From Phoronis australis (Eukaryota; Animalia; Phoronida): a stretch of DNA of 64,000 nt. Below, in pieces: positions 25,003 through 38,887 of this stretch. How positions within the stretch are numbered: position 1 is the stretch's first letter; every line of letters starts with the position of its first letter. The position numbers and the translations under genes were made by a program. The stretch is taken from contig NMRA01000418.1 of the NCBI GenBank assembly GCA_002633005.1, positions 183,173 through 247,172 of the forward strand, written 5' to 3'. Under the pieces are notes generated by a model, which saw only the letters and a list, made by a program, of their open reading frames with translations, did no database searches and had not been told where the DNA came from.

Positions 25003-28000
25003 AAGGGGACTGTAGTCAAAATAATGTTGCAGTTACTCGGTTCTAACATACAAATAAAACTCACATGTGCCTGACTTGCGTGCCAAACAAAAGCCGATTC
25101 GTATTCATGGTCAAAACACTGAGTTCTGAAAGAGATCGTTGATTGGCTGATGTGTCAGTGACGTGAATGGAGGGGTATCGGTTGCTTTAGACATTCATTG
25201 CTTATGTCATGTTTTGAAGAGTTTACATCGTAATTCATCATTATATCAATCGTCCTTATTTTTTATTGTTTGCCAAAGTGCTGTAAAAGGTTCGCTGTGC
25301 CTTTTTGTATGGCATCTGGTTGCTCAAACTCTTCGAAAAAGATGTCTTCTAAAGGGATGGTCATCGCATACCATCGCCGGGTTACCCAAGCCTTGGCTCA
25401 AAGGTGTATACTAAATATAGGCCTAGAGGTTTGAGCCGATATGGGTAAAAGTTGACAAATGAAATCTGACTCAAAATTAATGCCATTAAAACTAATCTCA
25501 TCCTTGAGTAAACCTAGGAACCAGGTTCCTAGAGTAAACTAACTTCAGTATTTACCGATGTTTTTTTTCATAATTTTATTCTTCAATAATATACACTGAT
25601 AATTTTTAAAGGGTGAAAGGGTGAACAAGGAAAACGGGCAAGGACTTTCACTCACACACTCGCACACTCATTCACACACTTCCTCATTTAATGATAATAC
25701 TACTAAACAATATAAGAGTTAAGTATATTACAGATATTACAGATTCATTGCATGGCAGCATTGAGGCTCTGCCACATTTTAATATTAATATTGTCCGGTT
25801 CTTTTTGTTTTTGAAAATTAAGTATTGACATTTTAATATATTTTGACATGAATATTTTAAGGGCAGACCAATCTGGATGCAAGTGCTGTTGGCTACGGAA
25901 ATAAATAAAATATTGGGCGATAGTGATAACATAATTTATCAACAGGGAGAATTCAGAACCTAAATGGCAAAACATGCTTTCATTTTTGGTTATTTTGACT
26001 TCTTCCTTAAGCGAAGATGTCAAAAAATCCTGAATATTAATCAACAATCTTTGCACTACATCACAAAGGAAAAAACATGTGTTCAGTACTCTGTACTAGT
26101 TTATAATAGGGACATTTATCTGAATTAACAATCTTCATCTTATATAACAAAGAGTTAGTATACACTCTGTTACGTAACAACATATACTTTAAAGATTTAA
26201 TGCATGGTTCGAGGGGAAGTGTAAAAGGCAAGGAATAAAATTTTCGGATATCTTGTTTGGAGTAATGCTGCAACAATTTTTCATAATTGTCTGGTTTTTT
26301 GCAATACTTTTGTATCAAAATACTCTTGATTTTTTCTTTTGGAATTTTACTATAATCTAAGCAAATTTTATTGTTGCAGCCAACCAATCGCTGATGACCT
26401 TGATCAATTTTCCTAGATAAAACAATACATATTGAATTAAAACTCAGAATTTGAGAATTTACCAATTTATATTTTGCCTTGAGCACCTTCCACGATAAAA
26501 GCTTATTTTCAGCATCAAGAAAGTCATTGATGAAACATAGCCCATTCTTAGCAAACTCTTTATAATATAGTGACTTATTATTATGTGTTACATCTTTGAA
26601 AGCATTATGATTCAACTGTTCACTCACCGACAAAACCTCTCTATAAAAAACATCATTTACTGTTCTACATAGTTTGCTTACTTTAAAAATTAAATGACCA
26701 CAACTGTTCACCACCATAATGCTTGATGGATAAAACTTCCAACTTCCACGTTCAGGAGACTGAAGTCTTTTAACCCACTTGACTAAAAGGCCTTCCTTTA
26801 TAAGGGACATGTCAGGAACTTTTAAACCACTATCTTCATGAGAAGCCATTGCAACGCTTTTCTTTATTTTAGGTGGTTTCCCTGCCCAAATAAAATCATT
26901 TAAAATTTTATCTATTCGTTTGCACCAATCCCTTGTCAATCCAAGGACAGATATAATGTGAATCAATTTGGGTAGCGCAAAAGCTTTAGTTATGACAATT
27001 CTTCCCTAAATTGTTAATTTTCTTGTTTTCCAAATATTTAGAACTTTCCTAAGTTTTGAAATTTTTTCTTCAAAATTTTGCTCATTTTCTTATTTTTAAT
27101 ATTTACCGAAGTAAACGCCCAGACATTTAATATTTCTTTTTGGCCAATTTATATCATACATTTTCTTAAGTTCAGACTGGTGGCCTAAAAACATTCCTTC
27201 ACATTTTCGCTTATTTAGTTTAAGACCAGACACGTCACCAAGTCTTGTAAGAAATTTAAAACATTCTGTTCCTGAAACTTCATCCTGAATAAATAAAAAT
27301 TGTATCATCAGCATACTGGGCTATTTTTACTTCATGCCCATCAATACACAATCCTTTGGTTAAGGGGTTATTTCTAATGTAATGGCTCATGAGCTCCACA
27401 CACAGTATAAAGAATTGACTACTTAAGGGATCCCTTTGACAAAGACCTCTCTTAACATTAAAATAACCACATCTAAATCCGTTGTTTTGAACACAAGACA
27501 CAATATCGTTATAAATTGTTTTTATACGGTGAATAAATTTGGGACCAAATTTAAAGGCCAGAAGGGTTTTCTGAAGAAAGGACCAATTTAAACTGTCATA
27601 CGCTTTCTTAAAATCTAAGAATACATGTATAAATTGTCCATTGAGATTTTTATTTGTATAATGCGATATTACGTCCTGTATTAATCTAATATTTTGACCA
27701 ATAAATCGTTTTGAAACAGCCGTTTGGTCTGGATGAATAAGCTTATGAATGTACTACTTATTTAGTCGGTTGGCAATAACCTTTGTAAATAATTTGTTAT
27801 CGCAATTTAATAACGAAATTGGTCGCCAATTTTCCAGATTTTTTAATTCCTCTGTATTTGTACTTTTGGGGATAAGTGTAATGACACTTTGCCTTTGGGA
27901 GGTTGAAAATTTTCCTGTTTTAAAACTATAATTTATACATTCCAAAAGGTACAGTTTAATAGTATCCCAAAATGTTTCATAAAATTCATATCCTAAACCG

Positions 28001-29877
28001 TCATTGCCTGGTGTTTTATTATTTTGGGATTGTTTTAAGGCTTCATAGAGTTCATCTTCTGTGATCTCTTGTTTTAATAATAAGGACTGGTCATCTGTCA
28101 GTACTTTATTACTAGGAAGATTGAATATATCAGGGAAATTAATATCTTCATAGTCTTTTTCAGAATAAAGAGCCTCATAAAAAGCTCGTTGAATGTTTTG
28201 TATCTCTTTTGGATCTTGGCTAACCCTGCCATTTGACTCCAGTTCTATAATATGTTTTTACCATGGTTACGTTTTTCAAGATTTAAAGATTATTTAGCGT
28301 TTGTTTCACCTTCTTCCACCCACTGAGCTTTACTTCTAACAATACTACCTTTTATTACATGAGTTTGTAAAATTTCTAGGTTTACAAGTAATTTATTCTG
28401 AAAGCGATCGCTGATTGGCTGATGTGTCAGTGACGTGAATGGAGGGGCATAGGCTGCTTTACACATTCATTGCTTATGTCATATTTTGAAGAGTTTACAT
28501 CGTAATTTATCATTGTATCAAACGTCCTTATTTTTTATTGTTTGCAACAGTGCTGTAAAAGGTTCTCTATGCCTCTTTGTATGACACCTGCTTGCTCAAA
28601 GTCTTCGAAAAAGGGATCGTCTAAAGAGATGGCCATCGCATACCACTGCTGGTTTTCCCAAGCCTTGGCCCAAAGCTATATACTAAATATAGGCTTACAG
28701 GATTTCAAGAGCCGATATGGGTAAAAAATGGACAAACAAAATCTGACTTAATATAATGAAAACTAATCTCATCCTTGAGTAAACATAGGAACCAGGTTCC
28801 TAGAGTAAAATAACTTCTGTATTTACCGATGTTGGAAAAGTTAGCGACCGTTCATCGGCTGCTGCTAAAATTCTGACGTGTTCTCTTGAGTTGGCTTCTT
28901 GCGATTACGTCACCTGACCTTTACCAGTTTCTTTTCCCGCGATTTTTTATTAAGTGTTCGTCGCTGCCGGTGCCTAGGTTGCATACATGTTACAACAAAC
29001 TATCGGAACTGGTTTCATTTTGTTACAAGTTTTTAGTATTTTTATACCAGCAAACGCAATTTCAGAACAATCTTGGTGCTGAAGCTGTCATAATGTCCCG
29101 AAAGACGTCTCGAATTTTAGGAAATGGCGCGTGCGCCGTGTCACGAGCGTGCTGTTTTTGAAACGGACAACACCTCTATGTTACAAAAGGCGGCAAATTA
29201 TGGTACCAGAGGACGTTTAGTTGATTGTTTTCCACTTAAACGGCTGCAACGAACAATGTGAGTGTCGAGTGACTACCAGATTTTGCATGCGCCCCCGCCG
29301 GTCCGTTTGCTTTATATGTTGATGTAGCCTATGTCTTACGACGAGGTGACGAGCATAAGTCAAAGTCAACTATACCCGGGTAGTCAACGGCTGTCTGAAA
29401 CTTCGAGGTTAACGGAGCTCAACACACAGTGGTACGATAGTCTTCATACAGCTATAGTCGGTAACTTACCAACCCTTCAAGTTTACAGAGCTGAGTATTG
29501 GCTGGCAGCTGGCTGACGGCACAGTCACACCAGTGTAAGGACTGGTTGCATCGGCAAGTTTTCGTCCGACGATGACGATGACTGGATATCACTTTGTGTT
29601 GCCTCGGCTCAAACAGGTATCGCTGGTCACCCGACATTTCACACTAAAATTTCTTATTCCGACAATATGAAAAACGCAACTTGACTGCACGCTAACACAG
29701 GACAGAGACTTTGCCCCCGCCAAATACGTCACGAGAAGCAGCGCTCCAAGCCGGTAATTTTTTTGAGCTTCGTTAGAGAATAAAAGTTTACTTTTTGTTG
29801 TTGAATTATTTGTGAAATTAATCAACAATTCATAGAAAACTATCCAGAATATGTTCAAAATAAAATACAGTTCCCTT
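25003..29877 (+). mobile_element. Non-autonomous Kolobok-type DNA transposon, family B, carrying a LINE and an internal duplication
   Basis: TTAA|AAGGGGACTGTA ... TACAGTTCCCTT|TTAA. An empty-site paralog gattaaaagtgtggTTAAtgctaataatcacag is at ~31045-31078. A shorter copy lies at 42001-42945. Confidence 0.85.
25561..28395 (-). mobile_element. 5'-truncated, degenerate L1/Tx1-clade LINE (ORF2 reverse transcriptase plus C-terminal CCHC region)
   Basis: Motifs RSKAQWVEEGE...LNLEKRN, KTPGNDG, NWRPISLLNCDNK, LDFKKAYDS, RGLCQRDPLS, QYADD, SGLKLNKRK and C-terminal KCPY...STEHMFF. There are multiple stops and frameshifts, and an AATAAA plus A-tail at ~25561-25581. Confidence 0.93.
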
Positions 29878-32800
29878 TTAATGCTAAGAATCACAGATGT
29901 CTTACTTAAAGCACTTAAGAATACAAGATGAAGGAATTGGTCAAACTTTCAGAAGAAAAATGCACCTAATGACCCCATGGGTGCACCAAATGATCTGAAA
30001 CTTTGCAATTCCAACTTAATTGCATTTACTAAAAAGATGTTATTTTGAAGTCTCTAGCTCAAACTTTTAGTTTGCACTTAATGACCTTTTACTTATTTCT
30101 TTCTGACTGGATGGGCCTGTTGCTTAGTAAAGTAGGCTATTCGATCGGCATGTTGGTTTACGCAAGTGTGTACTGAAATTGAAAAGAATTCCTTGAAAAA
30201 TGCAGAGGATATAACATTTTGAATGTAAAACGACCTTTGCACTAATTGACCCTAGCCGGTGCATTATAAGCGTCTTGACGAGAATTATTGCAAAGCCCAT
30301 GAAAAATGTGTTTATTGCTGATAATCACAGTTGTCTAACCGTTGACATATCAGAATACTTGGTGAATGAAAAGGTCAAATTTTCAGAGGAAAAATGCACC
30401 TAATGAGCCCATGTTTGCACTAAATGACCTGAAACTTTGGATTCCGAATTGAATTACCTGTGTTAATCAGACCTGTGAATATGAAGTGTCTACCTCAAAA
30501 TTTCAGTTTGCACCTAATGACCTTTGACCTATTTAACCTGATTGGATGACCCAATTACTTAGAAAAGTAATTTTTTAAATTGTCTCTTTGACTTATACTT
30601 GTGTAACGAATTTAAAAAGAATAGCTTTTAAATTAAAGAAGGAGTAGCATTTTAAAAATTACATGACCTTTGCACAAAATGACCTTTTCCGGTGCATTAT
30701 AGAATATTAAAATATAATGAATCAACATTTATTTACTGCCTAAAATTATATGTTAAATTTGAAGAACATACCTCCAACCATTTTGGAGTTAAGTGCCGAA
30801 GTTGGTCGAAATAAGCATAAGAAGAACTAGAAAGGTTATTGTCACGACATGACAATAACGGACTCTGCGCGTGCGTATTACTGGAATTATTATGGGAAGT
30901 TATTGACAGCAACCCGTTTACCAATATGAAAAGGAATTCTTTAAAAGTATAGAAGAAATTACATATTAATTTTTTGATGACCTTTCCACTAACTGACCTC
31001 TTTCGGTACAGTATGAGACCCGATGAGGGAGTAATTGTTAACTCGATTAAAAGTGTGGTTAATGCTAATAATCACAGGTGTTTTACTTTAAGCACTTCAG
31101 AAAAAAGGTGAATGAAGTGGTCAAACTTTCAGAAGAAAAATGCACCTAATGACCCCATGGTTTGCACCAAATGACCTGAAAAATTAGAATTCAAACTCAA
31201 TCGCACTTAGTAAACAGATATGTAATTCTGAAGTCTCTAGCTCAAAATTTTAGTTTGCACTCAATGACCTTTGACTTATTTTTTCTGATTGGTTAGACCT
31301 ATTGCAAAGTAGAGTAGGGTATTCAATTGGCATGTTGACTTGCACCAGTGGGCTGAAATTGAAAAGAATTGCTTGAAAAACTTTGGATTCCGATTTGATT
31401 TACCTGTAGCAACCACACCTGTCAATTTGAAGTGTCTAGCTAGAAATTTTAGTTTGCACCTAATGACATTTGACCTATTTCACCTGATTAGATAACCCGA
31501 TTACTTAGAAAAGTAATTTTTTAAATTGCCTTATTGACTTATACTTGTGCAATGAATTTGAAAAGAATAGCTTTAAAAATGAAGAAGTAGCATTTTGAAA
31601 ATCACATGACCTTCGCATTAAATGACCTCTTCCGGTGCAATATGGAATATGACTATACAACGTACTGCCAAAAATTACATGCAGAATTTAAAAAACACAC
31701 CACCCATTTTGAAGATATTAAGCCTGCGTGCGTGGTGTATGCATGTGCATATAGTAAAGTATAGGAACATTACGTTCCATAGAAGTTGCATCCTTTAAGT
31801 GAAAGAGAGAGATGTCCCTGGTAACTATGAAAGACATTGACTACAGAGTAAGAATATCAACTACACCTAATGACCACGCAGTTGCACCAAATGACCCCAA
31901 AGTTTGTACCGGTTGACCCTCTTGCGGTCCTATAGTGCATTTTGGGTCATACACGTAGTATCAATAGACTTTGATCGGCAATTGGTTGAACCACCATGAA
32001 TTTGAACGCTCTTCCTAATGCATCATTTAAGTACAAGTTGATTAAAAAAATCTTAAATTTTACACAAAACTGCACTTAATGTCCCCAAAGTTTCACCTAG
32101 TTATCGCAACGTTGCACCTAGTGACCCCAAAGTTTGTGACTAAACTTCCTTTATGAATCGTAATCATATGCATGATTATGAAACCTCAAGCTCAAAAATC
32201 AATTTTGCACTTAATGTCCTTTGACCCGGAAACTCGATTCCCTTGATCCGATTGGAATTCCAAGTAAATTTGGGATGCAGATCTCTAGTGCCTTCTTGCC
32301 ATCAAAATTCAAAGAGTCTGTCTAAAAACCTGTAGGAGAAGCAATTCGACGGAATGCACTCCTTGCCTCTTTTTGGAGCAATCCAGTGCATTTTGAGTCA
32401 AATCCATGGAATCAATAGAATTTGATCGGCAATTGGTTGAACCACCATGAATTTGAACGCTCTCACTAATGCATCAATTAAGTACGAGCTTATTGAAAAA
32501 GTCTTAAATTTGACAGAAAAGTGCACCTAAGGACCCCTAAGTTGCACCCAGTGACAACAAAGTTTGTGACTGAACCTTCTTTATGAATGGTAATCATATG
32601 CTTGCACGCGCAGAGTAATTACAGGTACACTATCCTGTGCTCATTTAGAGTTATCTGTGCACCTAAAGGATTTACGGCTCCGGTAAAAAGAGATTAAAGG
32701 CCATGAACCAATGTGATTTTGCTGTTTGACATCATAAACTGATGTTTTTACTTGTGTCAGAGATGAACTGGTTGGTTTTTGGCTGCACTCATGGAATTTT

Positions 32801-34174
32801 CCAAGTTTCTCATTTCCTTTTTGAATACTGGTGAACATGGGTTTGTTTAACCCCCTTAGAAGTTGATGCCTGCATGTATGCGATGTGTCACGTGATGAAT
32901 CCGCAGATTTTTTTATTGACGCTCATTTATAATGATGATGACAGGTAGCTAGTGAATAAAGGCCTAAAACTTTACTTAATTTTTTCATTTGAACATTTGC
33001 TCTATGCACGATCAGCAAGTGTTTAGCATGTACGAAAGACCGTATAAGACAGGCTTGAACAACCCTGAAATTCAGCTAGTTGCTCATAAATGCTGCCATG
33101 CTTATAATGGAAGCCAGGGTTATAGTAGAAGCCAGCAGTTCATATACCCTTAACTTAAAAAATTATCTTGTCTTTTAGTTATTGTTGTACTCTACTGTTC
33201 GTGGTTTGTATTTCTTGATATTCCTTTCCTATTTTATCCATGCTTGTTTCACTGTATATCTTTTAAACTGCTGCAGTATTGTTGCTAGATAGTGGATAGC
33301 AACTATTCAACATACTTTTGTAGTAATTTATGGATACAACCTTTTTCGAAATCTGGGGAAGACCCAAAGCAATTTGATTTTCTGATGTATCTATAATCGT
33401 TACTGGTTTAATATATAAGGCGTTCGTTTCAAGTTGCAGGTATTTTATTTTTACTATAAATGTCTGCGTGTTACATGGGCGGTGCACTATAGGGAGCTGA
33501 GGGGAATAGCTCCCCACTTTCTTCAGTGCTGCGCCGCCAATGTGTTAGCTACAATAATCATGACATAGTAGTAGCGCTATATCAGCGTGTGGCGGTTGCA
33601 GCATTTTTGTGACGGATTATGTGGAAAATTTCAGCGTTTGGTCATCAAACAGTATCATAGCCTGCACGGTTGGCACTTAAGCAGCGCCTGCAAGCCTCTC
33701 ATTGGCGGCATTCATTTGCTTAATTTTCGAGCGTCTGTTTCGTTTGCACTGCAACTTGTATTAAAGTTCAAAGATATCTACGGATTTTGCGATTGGTAAG
33801 AGGTATGTTAATGTATGTTTGGAACATGTTGAAGCAGTATTCAGCATGGTCCATTTGTGTTAAGAGCAAAATTACCAATGACCAGAATTATCACAATGTC
33901 TCTTATGAAGGGGCATGCGGAACGAGTATTTTTAAACAATATAGCAGCGAAATCCAAAGTTTTTATGACGAAGGTGTTGAAACTATTTTTAAATAACACA
34001 CTATTTTCTCGGGGACAAATTGCTAAGATGTTGTATCACTGATTAATCATACCTCTAGACTTTGAAGGAAACAATCATTTTCAAAACTGGCAATGCATGG
34101 GCATAATCGCGCTTGTTGTCACAAATTTCACAACAGGGTGAATGAGCCTTTATTGAGGGCTCTATATCAATTAA

Positions 34175-35000
34175 AGGAGAATGCCACCCGATTTAATTAG
34201 TCTTTTTTACCGTCTTAATCAGTCTATATCCATATCGCCTCTTACACGGTCGACTTCACCTTGCCGAGAGGTGGCGCGTTAACCTGTGAGGAAGGTGAGA
34301 AAAAAGCAGCGACGTCAGTGGTTCGTCTGCAAACTTAATGCCGCTATAGTGCGGTGCATCGTTCTCGCTTGTCCGAACTATGAAACTGCAAAGAAAGTGG
34401 GTATATCGTTTTTTTGACTTCCTCGAGAGCCCGAAATGCTTAGGAAGTGTCTCGCGGTAGTGAAGAATGAAAGTTACGCTGTTAATAGCAAGTATGAGGC
34501 CGTGAAACATCCCCGTGTCTGTGGCTGGCATTTCGTCGACAGTGATTTATCTGACGAATGCCGGCTTACCAAAAAACTATCCATGCGTTCCGTTGTATGT
34601 GCATGTTCACGGCGCCTCTGTAGTATTTGTTATTCCGGTTCAAACTGATAACCGGTGAAACCTACCGATCTGACCCGTGAAGTCTTCGTCGGATGAACTA
34701 TTGACTAAGTCGGGATTGGTGCCAGACGAGTTGCCATATATTCTGCGTTCTGTTTCAAAATGAAATATTCTCATCCTAACTAATGCTTATATAAAACTGA
34801 AACAAAGTCTGTCTCATTGAAATACAATTTGTAATGTATTTGCAGTATTCACGAGTGCAAATGTTGAGAAGCCAGCAATGGATAAATCACTGCGTTACCG
34901 GCTTTTAATGCCGGCAATAAAGGTAATTGACCGTTGTACCGAGGCCGTGTTAGCGCATGCTAATTCAGTGTTTGCTGACAGAAAGCTGTTCAAAAAATCT
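34175..35000 (-). mobile_element. Kolobok-type family A, right half in inverted orientation
   Basis: TTAA|AGGAGAATGCCACCCGATTTAATTAGTC is the reverse complement of the end at 4798. It aligns back to ~3985 and has a GYQFEPE remnant at 34633-34653 on the minus strand. Confidence 0.8.
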
Positions 35001-36116
35001 GCAGTGTGCAGTTCGACGTTTCGTGTCACTGTTCCGGCCCAGAGTATAGGGAATCCGACCCAAACCCGGAATATTCTGTCTGATTTGTGTCGTTCCCATA
35101 GGCCTAACGGAATTCTTATACTGAATTTAAAACGTTCAATTGATTACAAACTCTTATGACTGGGTATGTTTTTATGCAATACAGACTTTATTTCGTAGTT
35201 TTAATTTATTACAGACACTCACAATGTTGTGTTGCTATATTACATGTAACTTCTCAATTTTTTTAGCTTGAGCGATTACGGGTTGCAGCATTTCAAGGCG
35301 ACTTATTTTGAAAATTGAGTTTCAATGAATTTGAATATAGTTGCATTGTACGAAAAGATCATGCTGATGTGTACTGTAAGCCTAACATTTCTAAGTATTT
35401 TTGCACCAAATTAAATGGACTGTTGTCGTCTATATCCATACGGGACACACACTGGACAGCCGCCCGTATTGGAATTGTGCAACGTTCACACCTTCGGCTT
35501 CAAAAAGACATGACAGGAAAGTTACTAATATCAAAATCAAAGTTTTTGTATCAAACAAATTACACTTTATATTAAACATTGGGAAGTTGCTGATAACAAT
35601 TCAGACGGAGAGTTTTGTTTTTCGGGCTGTTTCGATGGCACCAGTCACACTCCCGGGGATTCCCATACGGGCCCATATTAGAATATGTGCTAAATAATTG
35701 AATAAAAATTCTAAAGGTAGTGATTTTGATTAATTTTAATATTAACTAACATGAAATGAAAAATTAATGCGTTTCCTTGATTTTCCACTTATTTTGCACT
35801 AAATTACAAAACGAGTCATCTCTGCTTCCAATACTCTGGAGACACGATGAAAGCCAAATTCGTTGTAACGATTATGTAATAGACTTCGATTAGTGCAAGC
35901 GCCGTCTCAAGTATTTTTTGGCGCTAAATGGGGTTCGTGATGGGCTACTGTATTGTCGAAGGCCTACTTAATTAACAACTGAGGTACATGTATGCTATGA
36001 CACAGTATTTTGATATTTTTTATCAACAAATGTATTTTATATGTAAAAATAGTCATTTTAGCAAAATAGTTGGCCTTTAAGAGACTCATTAAGTCCTTAT
36101 CAGCTGAACCAATCTA

Positions 36117-38492
36117 CCATAATCGTTTGGGTTAACGCCCATCCTCGACTTTAAGTGGATTTTCGTTTAACCGCCCACTGCTCGGTTAAGCGCCCCCCTG
36201 CGATTTTTGAAGATTTCCATTTAGGCGCCCACATCTCAGTTAGGCGCCCATCCCCGACTGTTAAAGAATGAAGATTTAGCGCCTAGTGCTAAGGAAACGC
36301 TCGATTTCCCGACTTTTAGAAAAAGATCGACGATCACAATGAGTGCAACGACGCCGGGACTCCGAGACGGTGGTTTAGCAATCTGAATTACAATAAACGA
36401 GTTATTGTCTTGGGTCATGAACTCACTTCAAAATATAATACTTGAACCTTTTTGTCACTTTATTTTCTTCCCTTGTTAGCAAAGTTTAAGAACGCCGCCG
36501 GCATCAAAACTCCGCTTTCAGCGACTTTGTCCGCCGCGCTGAGTTTCCGTCTGCGGTGCACTAGATAAAACATATATTCGAAAAAATCAGGCCAGAGAAA
36601 TGGGACAATGGTTTTGCCAACCCTCCAAATTCTATTAAGGTGGGAAGCTCTCGTATTTTGAACAAATCTAACAACTCACGGAAAGATGTCAAATTCTCAA
36701 TATTTTGATGAATATAACTGCCGGGTTATAGAGGTTGTGGGGCGACTGAAGGGACAGTACAAATGCCTTACTGGGTTACCGATTTCGTTGCTGTCTGTCG
36801 ATTTCTCAGTGAATTCAAACATTGGCAGTAATGTGTGTTTGTGTATGATCTTGAAGTAATGAAAAACGGCTAGTCAAATTATTTTTTTCGCTTATTGCAT
36901 CTCAGTCAAACTGGTTAGCAGATTTAACTAATGTCGCTGGCTGTTCTTGGCGTCAGCCCCCACGTAAGCGTGATTGTGTGAATTATCGTTTCCACATCCC
37001 CTTTTTAGCCATCCAGAATAATTTTGTTTATACATTGGCCATTTTCAGCCTGAACAAAATTTCTTACCATTCAGGTCTAAAATATCTACGACGTAGACTG
37101 CTTGACGATGGTGGGTAGGAGATTCACACAGCTAGTTACAGGGATGGGCTTAGGGAGCATCGAGCCGGAAAATATGGCAATAGACTTGGCATCGCAGTTT
37201 TGGGGAACATTGGCAACGGAGGAATATCGTAAAGAACTGGGTCTTTCGTAACAACAGCTTAGTAGCACATAGTCACGCCCGTTTTTGTTACTTCGTACTG
37301 TCGCTATGTGTGACTGATTTGTAGCGGTGCACGTGCGCAAGTTCCCACACTTTGGAGTGCATGTTACCTTGACACCAACATGTGATTGACATGTGACCCA
37401 CACGTAGGCCCTACGTGCGTGCTGAATACCGCCACTATCTTTGGCCATAAAAAACGAGGCCGTTATATTACTTGACGGCATTTCCAAGTCACGATTGTCA
37501 GCCGACTGAGACATTGCGCGATAACAGCGGGACCGAACAGTGCCGCAGTGCGATATTACAAGTGATATAAATAGGATAATCTGGACATCTTGCAAGAAAA
37601 ATAAATGTTTTTTCACCACGAAGTTTGGTAAGGTGATCGTTTAGAATAATGAATTGAAACATTGCTGTTTTCTGACATTTTGTAACATATTTATGCAGTT
37701 GCTTGAAATTTTATTCTTGATCGACGACTGGCTCGACCACCCTCGATCCTTGTCTTACTTCTTTGCATAACATGTTTGGCGCAACGGCAAGAGAGCAATG
37801 CCGGGCTGTCGAGATAAGACAGCTAGCCGCAGAACCATACGCTGAAAATGTCATTTAGTCACGGAGTGTCGACTATAACATCTCAAACACAAAAAAACAG
37901 CAGAGTTAAGTTTTTCAAACTTTTACTACAACCAATTTTAAACCTGCTCTCTGAGTCAGAACTTGACAGCTACATATAGTACGAGACTGTAACCATAAAT
38001 TTGGTGTCTGACCTCTGCAACACGTGAAGCTTGCACGCGCGCACTTAAGCAGGGTCACATCTTGAAACAGTTTTAATTCTAGTGGAGGCTGCGTGGTCAC
38101 TGGTCGTCTGCGCACCGCAGGACGGCACGGGGCTATTACTCAGCATTTTTGTAAATTTAATGGTGAATGACTAATCTGAGGGCAAGAGAACCTTTGTTGG
38201 GATCATCCGCTGTTATGATGTTTTCACAGTCATTTAGCGACGTGACGATAAAGCTCTTTGAAAAGGCCAAGCGTTCCGAGTATTATTGTCGTGTCGGGAT
38301 TTAGATCGCCATGTAAGATTAACCGCCCATGGCGGTGTTCTGTCGTAATAAGCGCCCATGTTCGGTTAACCGCTCATCCCCTACTTTAGGTGGATTTTCG
38401 ATTCAACCGCCAACTGCTCGGTTAACCGCCCTCCCCCGATTTTTTGGATTCGCCAATTTTACCGCCCAGGGCGTTAACCCAAAGGATTACGG
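36117..38492. mobile_element. Non-autonomous TA-target DNA transposon (pogo-like, CCGTA-ended), ~2.4 kb
   Basis: TA|CCATAATCGTTTGGGTTAACGCCC ... GGGCGTTAACCCAAAGGATTACGG|TA, with arrays of subterminal (A/C)CGCCC motifs at both ends. A related right end is at ~49440-49557. Confidence 0.8.
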
Positions 38493-38887
38493 TAAATGAA
38501 ACTTCCCAGCTCACAGTGCATCAGCCAATGAGGCCTGCTATGCATAGCTAATGATGACCTTAATGTTCCAAGCAAGGAACTACTTTCAAACTAAAGCCAG
38601 CATATCAAAGTTGCATCAATATTTTCACTTAAGCTGTAGACTCTGAATTGTCCAATTCTGCTAAAACTTAATTTTGACTACCGCAGTTTTCCAATTTTTA
38701 AACCCTTGCTTACAAGATACAGTACCAGCTGGGAAAAACGAACACTTTGTTTAAGTTTTAAATTGCAATTGGCAATAATTTTGGACATATTTAAAATCTT
38801 TGAACTTGCCTATAATGTCGAACGCTTGCATTAAAATCCGACAAAGTCTTTTGAAGCTCTGATGTAAACACAAGCATTAGCCAGTAA

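Larger units (their letters stand above)
23090..32600. repeat. Long complex satellite-like repeat built from TGCACCTAATGACC submotifs, interrupted by nested insertions
   Basis: Blocks 23100-23417, 24503-24998 and 29882-32600 share repeated tgcacctaatgacc / tgcactaaatgacctgaaac / aaaagaatagct modules; 30280-30570 closely matches 23130-23417. Confidence 0.75.

Noticed and set aside
37086-37619. 177-aa ORF inside the 2.4-kb TA-target element
   Set aside because: No transposase (HTH/DDE) motifs or other recognisable domain.
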